Source: Halobacteriovoraceae bacterium (GTDB lineage Bacteria; Bdellovibrionota; Bacteriovoracia; Bacteriovoracales; Bacteriovoracaceae). From it: a stretch of 64,000 bases of DNA. A program made the position numbers and the translations under genes. The notes beneath the pieces were generated by a model. The model saw nothing but the letters and a program-made list of their open reading frames with translations, was not told the DNA's origin and searched no databases. Below, one piece after another: positions 59,202 through 64,000 of the stretch; position 1 is the stretch's first letter; each line of letters begins with the position of its first letter. The stretch spans positions 992,001-1,056,000 of the forward strand of contig CAVRCF010000005.1 in NCBI GenBank assembly GCA_963719505.1. The letters are read 5' to 3'.

Positions 59202-59528
59202 TTATCGTCTATCACCAGCGGTCCAGAAACGATTTGCTCGTTCGATATTTTGTTCAATATTTTCCTTAAACTTATTCATTTTCTCTTCAGAGGAAAAGTA
59301 ATAAGTTTCACCGTGGTGAATAATTTTATAATCTTCATTACCCGCGACATGAGAATCCCCCATGGCCAATGACATCGCACAGTGTTTGTTAAAGACTTCA
59401 CCATTGTCACTATGCATCTCACAATTTTTTTCACATTTATGATGATGATGTCCGCCATCACTTTTATGATGGTGAGCACAAGAGCTAAATAAAAACAAAC
59501 TTAAAATTGATAATAAAAATAATTTCAT
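59202..59528 (-). CDS. His-rich YHS-domain lipoprotein
   Basis: Lipobox FSSC, His tracts, HGETYYFSSEE. Confidence 0.75.
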   Translation of the reverse strand: MKLFLLSILSLFLFSSCAHHHKSDGGHHHHKCEKNCEMHSDNGEVFNKHCAMSLAMGDSHVAGNEDYKIIHHGETYYFSSEEKMNKFKENIEQNIERANRFWTAGDRR

Positions 59529-59551
59529 AAAATTTCCTTTATAGATTTATA

Positions 59552-60163
59552 TTAATAATTTGAATCTTGATTTCCACAATGAGCCATACCAGAAACATAA
59601 GGGCTATGATTTTCAGATACTTTCTTAGAACTTTGAAGCCATTTCTTTTTAACCATGGGACAAGAGTAAGCATCATAGTCTTTACCCACGTCATAGGTGT
59701 TGACTATATAAATGAGTGCCATAGATACAATATGGTCATTTTGGTTATTCATCTCTCTACTGCTTGATGCTTTAATATTAAGAAGCTTCTCTTTTGAAAA
59801 ATTTAATGATTTTGCAATTTCTGAATGCGAAATATTCTCAATTTCATTTTTTAATTTTTTTGCACTCAATTCAACTTTTGCAGCGTCAAAAGTAAAGAAT
59901 GCATCATGCAATTTTTCATTAACAGCCAAGACTACCAAAACTTGATTTTTTGATTTTTCGTCCAAGTCTTTCCGGTCTTCATTACTCATCTTTATTTGTT
60001 CACCGTTACTCATTTTGTTATCAGTGCTTGAACCGAAAGTTTTTAAACTGTAGATCCCAACTGCGACAATAGTTAGAGTGAGGAGCATTTTTTTAAATGA
60101 AAATCTTTTTTCACATTTTGGACATGTCATGTTCTTCACCTTGTTCAATATTTCTCTATTCAA
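59552..60163 (-). CDS. DUF3347-like periplasmic metal-associated protein
   Basis: YSCPMV...WLQ...SPY...MAHCG; exact start uncertain. Confidence 0.7.
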   Translation of the reverse strand: MNREILNKVKNMTCPKCEKRFSFKKMLLTLTIVAVGIYSLKTFGSSTDNKMSNGEQIKMSNEDRKDLDEKSKNQVLVVLAVNEKLHDAFFTFDAAKVELSAKKLKNEIENISHSEIAKSLNFSKEKLLNIKASSSREMNNQNDHIVSMALIYIVNTYDVGKDYDAYSCPMVKKKWLQSSKKVSENHSPYVSGMAHCGNQDSNY

Positions 60164-60261
60164 AATAAATTAATGCTACAGAAGCTGTAATAAGTAAGCA
60201 TTTCCTTCAGTCTCTGTATTGCCATATGCTACATCATTTCAAACTTGATAATTGTAACCAC

Positions 60262-60282
60262 TTATACCCCTTATGGGTATAA
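60262..60282. promoter_or_regulatory. CsoR-type operator upstream of the DUF3347-YHS-copA unit
   Basis: Inverted repeat TTATACCC-CTTAT-GGGTATAA. Confidence 0.75.
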
Positions 60283-60511
60283 AAAAATAATTTATGTCAT
60301 ATTCCTTAATACAAAAGTAAATATGCAGGAAAAGACTTTAAGCATCTTATTAACACTTTCTTGCAATAAGTATATTTCTGGAGTCTTAAGGTTGACTAAT
60401 AAAGAAGGCTTTCTATTTTTTCTCTTTGAATTTACTTTTATATTTTATTGTTGGCATGAGATTATTATTTTTTTATCTCATTGTTAGAAATCAAATTAAT
60501 CTAATCATGTA

Positions 60512-60538
60512 TGGGAGTTCGGTCTATAGGAACTCCCA
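60512..60538 (-). terminator. Hairpin downstream of the multicopper oxidase gene
   Basis: TGGGAGTTC-N9-GAACTCCCA; U-tract is weak. Confidence 0.45.
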
Positions 60539-60550
60539 CGTTCTTATTGT

Positions 60551-62698
60551 TTAAAACAGAGGTTTTTTTCTCTTTTTCTTCTTCGTTCGTCCTCGATTGA
60601 GATTAACCCTGACGCCCACGCCAACAGTTGGTCCAATATTGGAATCATATCTATAATTAACTCCAACGCTTGTTCTCGGAGTTGCTTGATAGTACAGGCC
60701 GGAATTAAATTCCCACTCAGGACTGTCACTAATACCAAACGCTCCTCTTCCAGCAAAATCAATGCTAACTCTTTTGGTTATTGGAAACATTTTGGAGAGC
60801 GAAACAATTAACTTACCATCGGATCTCACATGAGTTTTCACTTCTACCCTTAACGGTATGGTGTATGCGGCACCAAGCACACTGTGCATTTGACCATCAT
60901 CATACTCAACACCGGCATAAATGTTTAAGAAGCGATCAATATACCGTTTAAATAATAATTCACCATCAAGGTTGTTCAGATCATACTGATCCATCTCTAA
61001 GTTTATATCAACTTGATACTTACCTTTAGATATTTTGACTTCTAATTCAGAAGAGTTTGTTGCAACTCCAAGTTCAGCACTAGTGAAAGCAGAATCATCA
61101 TGAGTCATGTAGCGAGTCCATCTTCTTTCATTTTCAACAAGTGTATCTGGTCTTTTGAAGTTTTCGTACTTAACCAATCTCGCCATTCCCATCTTCATGT
61201 GGTAGAGGTTGTGACAGTGTAAAAACCAAATTCCCGGTTCATTTGCATGAAATTCAATTGTGATCTCTCCCATTGGTGGAACATCTACAGTATGGAATTT
61301 TGGAGCAAAATGACCTTGACCGTTTAGCACTCTAAAGAAGTGACCATGAAGGTGCATCGGATGATGCATCATCGTTTTATTTACATATTTAATTCTAACA
61401 ACTTCATTATATTTAACCATCAAGTATTTATCTTCAGAAAACGCTTTACCGTTAATCGTCCAGTTGTATCGGTCCATATCTCCGTTTAATTCTAAAGTGT
61501 AGTCTCTTCTAGGAAGCGACATATCAAACATTGTCATTTTTGGAGATTTAATATCTTTGTAGTTTAATCTTTTTGTCATTGGCATCTGCTCAATCTCTTC
61601 TTGAGAAACTTTCATTGTATGGCCATCGTGTCCACCACCGTGACCTCCACCGTCGCCCATACCACCACCATGATCCATATCACCCATACTATATGGACTT
61701 GGTCTCATTTTCATGGGTACTTTTTCAATATGATGACCTTTTCCTAAAATTAAACTTCCCGCTCCAGTAATATCTTGGGCCGTAGCTTTAAACTCTAAAG
61801 CTTTATGTGCTGGCATAGTAAAAATAACATCGTAAGTCTCAGCTATACCGATTAATATTTCGTTTACCTCAAGAGGTTGAATTTCAACTCCATCTTTTGT
61901 AATGACTTTGAAGTTAAATAATTTTCCAAGGTTGGCGTAAAAGTAAGTTGAAGCTGAAGCATTTATAAGACGCAGTCTAACTGTTTCGCCAGCTTTTATA
62001 TTCATTAGGTGTTGTTGTTGTTTACCATTAATTAAAAAAGCATCATACCCAACATCACTCAAGTCCATAGGACCCATTTTAGTCCATTCACTTTTAACAT
62101 AATCCCAAAACTTACCTGCTCTTATGGCACTGTAAATAGAGGCATCTGTGTTTTTCTTATAAACGTAATAATCTCCATCCATCTTTAAGTTAGCTAGAAC
62201 TTGATCTGGATGTTCATTAGTCCAATCACTCATTACGACTTCAATATCATGGTCTGTTTTAAATCTGTCATGATCGTCTTCAATTACGATTGCACCGTAT
62301 AGTCCTCTTTGCTCTTGAAGTTCAGTATGTGAGTGATACCAAAATGTTCCCGTATGAATTAATGGGAATTCAAAAACATGAGTTTTCCCCGGTTCAATAA
62401 TAAGCGTATTGGAGAACTGCGGTCCATCTTGATCCCAAGGTACTAATAAGCCATGCCAGTGAAGAGTCGTTGGTTCATCAGTTTTATTATTAACTGTAAT
62501 TAGGGCCGTATCACCTTTACTAAATTTTAAGGTTGGAGCAGGGATTGATCCATTAATGGCCAAAGCGTGCTTAACCTCAACTCCAGTGAAATTGACTGTT
62601 TTGTGTTCTACATTTAGTTCGTATTCTACAATCTTTGCAAATGAACTAAAACTTAGAAGAAGTGCTAATAATAAGAAAAATTTATTCGAGATAAACAT
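60551..62698 (-). CDS. Multicopper oxidase (CopA/PcoA-like) with C-terminal beta-rich domain
   Basis: HWHG, WYHSH, HPMHLHGH, HCHNLYHMKMGM; Met/His-rich linker. Confidence 0.93.
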   Translation of the reverse strand: MFISNKFFLLLALLLSFSSFAKIVEYELNVEHKTVNFTGVEVKHALAINGSIPAPTLKFSKGDTALITVNNKTDEPTTLHWHGLLVPWDQDGPQFSNTLIIEPGKTHVFEFPLIHTGTFWYHSHTELQEQRGLYGAIVIEDDHDRFKTDHDIEVVMSDWTNEHPDQVLANLKMDGDYYVYKKNTDASIYSAIRAGKFWDYVKSEWTKMGPMDLSDVGYDAFLINGKQQQHLMNIKAGETVRLRLINASASTYFYANLGKLFNFKVITKDGVEIQPLEVNEILIGIAETYDVIFTMPAHKALEFKATAQDITGAGSLILGKGHHIEKVPMKMRPSPYSMGDMDHGGGMGDGGGHGGGHDGHTMKVSQEEIEQMPMTKRLNYKDIKSPKMTMFDMSLPRRDYTLELNGDMDRYNWTINGKAFSEDKYLMVKYNEVVRIKYVNKTMMHHPMHLHGHFFRVLNGQGHFAPKFHTVDVPPMGEITIEFHANEPGIWFLHCHNLYHMKMGMARLVKYENFKRPDTLVENERRWTRYMTHDDSAFTSAELGVATNSSELEVKISKGKYQVDINLEMDQYDLNNLDGELLFKRYIDRFLNIYAGVEYDDGQMHSVLGAAYTIPLRVEVKTHVRSDGKLIVSLSKMFPITKRVSIDFAGRGAFGISDSPEWEFNSGLYYQATPRTSVGVNYRYDSNIGPTVGVGVRVNLNRGRTKKKKRKKPLF

Positions 62699-62739
62699 TT
62701 GAAGACTCCATTATTAATAATTTACAGTTACCCTATATA

Positions 62740-62756
62740 AGCAATATAGGTGCCAA
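62740..62756 (-). promoter_or_regulatory. Sigma54 (-24/-12) promoter of the multicopper oxidase gene
   Basis: Minus strand TTGGCAC-CTATA-TTGCT (GG-N10-GC), about 41 nt upstream of the ATG. Confidence 0.75.
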
Positions 62757-62946
62757 GTAAACTGGAATTTCAGACAGGATTACAGGGACATAGATAGCAT
62801 CTCCTTTCAAAAGCTTTATAGATGTATAATAACAAGACAAGACAAGCCAATGAAATATTGCCAATACTAGATGAAAGGTTCAAAAAAGACAGAGTTTAAA
62901 TAAAATTGAAGTTATCTGCCACAATATCAGTTATGAGGGGAGAAAT

Positions 62947-63231
62947 TTATTTACAAGTATTTTTAATAATTTTCATTAGTTCATCAATTTTCTCATCAAT
63001 ATCTTTTTTATCATTTTTCATAGCCGCATCTTTCACACACCAATTGAGGTGTTCTTCTAAAATAATAAACTCAATGGACTTTAGAGCACTTCTAATTGCT
63101 TTAATCTGATTGATAATATCAACACAATATTTTTCATTTTCAATCATGGCTTTGATACCACGAACTTGGGCTTCAATTCGATTGATTCGCGTTATTTGTT
63201 GTTTATGGTTTGCACCAACTTTTTCTTTCAT
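62947..63231 (-). CDS. csoR: CsoR/RcnR-family metal-sensing repressor
   Basis: RINRIEAQVRGI, YCVDIINQI, EEHLNWCV (C-H-C ligands). Confidence 0.88.
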   Translation of the reverse strand: MKEKVGANHKQQITRINRIEAQVRGIKAMIENEKYCVDIINQIKAIRSALKSIEFIILEEHLNWCVKDAAMKNDKKDIDEKIDELMKIIKNTCK

Positions 63232-63377
63232 TTAAACCTCTTTTAATAAATATACGAAAGAATCTCTACATAATCCATTAATAATGTCTCTATTTAGTTG
63301 TTTTCTCGATAAATAACATCGATTTTTTTAACTTTTTAGTTTTGTTTAAATTGTTCCTATAAAATATTAAAATATCA

Positions 63378-63396
63378 TATACAATGGGGGGGTATA
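63378..63396. promoter_or_regulatory. CsoR/RcnR-type operator between the divergent csoR and DUF1624 genes
   Basis: TATAC-AATGGGGGG-GTATA: TAC...GTA flanking a G-tract. Confidence 0.6.
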
Positions 63397-63423
63397 AAAT
63401 TATTTTTAAAGGTTTTTTTGTCT

Positions 63424-64000
63424 ATGCAAAAAGAGTTAGATATTAAGACTAATGGTCGATTTGATTCATTAGATCATATAAAAGCAATTGCTGTCATCAT
63501 GATGATTATCTATCATCTATTTTTTGATCTTAGCTATTTTCGTTTGGTTGGGTTTAATGTTGAACGTGAGACTTTTTGGGTATTACAACCCAAGATCATT
63601 GTTTTTCTTTTTCTCATGTCCGCAGGTATAAGTTTATCTATAGTTCACTCAAAAAGTATAAATTGGAAAAAAATATTTCATAGGACTATTAAATTACTGG
63701 TCGTTGCCTTATCAATAAGTGTCGTCACTTATTTTATTTTTCCCACGAGGTGGGTATATTTTGGTGTCATTCACAACATAGCAATTTCATCACTTATTTG
63801 TTTAGCATTTTTAGGAAAACCAAAACTCTCGCTTTTCGTTGGATTGTCTCTACTTTTTCCATCAGTTTTTTATCAATACGATTATCCACTGCCAAGACTT
63901 GTCCCTGCTCCTGTAGATCACGTCGCTCTCCTACCTTGGTTGGGATGCATGCTTATGGGTATATACTTCTATCACATTGGACTTCATAAGGTGGCGATTC
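63424..64000 (+). CDS. DUF1624/heparan-alpha-glucosaminide N-acetyltransferase-like membrane protein (runs off window end)
   Basis: Read manually, open to the end: RFDSLDHIKAIAVIMMIIYHLFFDL...FLMSAGISL...YFGVIH...DHVALLPW. Confidence 0.8.
   Translation, partial: MQKELDIKTNGRFDSLDHIKAIAVIMMIIYHLFFDLSYFRLVGFNVERETFWVLQPKIIVFLFLMSAGISLSIVHSKSINWKKIFHRTIKLLVVALSISVVTYFIFPTRWVYFGVIHNIAISSLICLAFLGKPKLSLFVGLSLLFPSVFYQYDYPLPRLVPAPVDHVALLPWLGCMLMGIYFYHIGLHKVAI

Larger units (their letters stand above)
44019..64000. mobile_element. Putative genomic island inserted at tRNA-Gly (far end not in window)
   Basis: Switch directly after the tRNA to visibly more AT-rich accessory cargo (XRE, toxin-like, metal resistance); no integrase or duplicated tRNA 3' end seen in the window. 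Confidence 0.6.

Noticed and set aside
60245-60487. 80-aa + strand ORF
   Set aside because: Low-complexity AT-rich intergenic region containing the CsoR operator; no RBS or recognisable motif
63750-63989. 79-aa + strand ORF in the ORF track
   Set aside because: Out-of-frame overlap with the longer DUF1624 ORF starting at 63424

Overview
AT-rich bacterial chromosome window. Gene content (DUF6178-like protein, secreted trypsin-like proteases, large L,D-transpeptidase-like proteins, type-2 IleRS, degenerate HD-GYP) suggests a predatory Bdellovibrionota, probably Bacteriovoracaceae-like; this is inference only. Positions 1-43.9 kb are core genome: a haem operon (hemA, hemC-D fusion, hemL, two-component system, hemE), an orphan TadA/CpaF ATPase, a TPAT/TRAP transporter, maf, ileS, tandem proteases, rpsU, rarA, a pair of LD-transpeptidase-like paralogues with apparently complementary loss of catalytic motifs, msrBA preceded by a 14-unit heptamer tandem repeat, a heavily frameshifted lpdA/E2 pair (likely sequence error), a DEDDh-WYL exonuclease and a KamA-family radical SAM. 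tRNA-Gly(GCC) at 43943-44018 is followed by a probable genomic island that runs off the window end. It carries a double-XRE regulator, a candidate defence/toxin cluster (Xre-like antitoxin, PemK/MazF-like ORF, HEPN protein, HEPN-BrnT fusion), a sigma54 activator/mini-DHp/SDR/7TM kinase module, a mer-like operon without merA, and a copper module (P1B ATPase, YHS, DUF3347, multicopper oxidase with a sigma54 promoter, CsoR and its boxes). All family calls are by-eye motif recognition; no searches were run.
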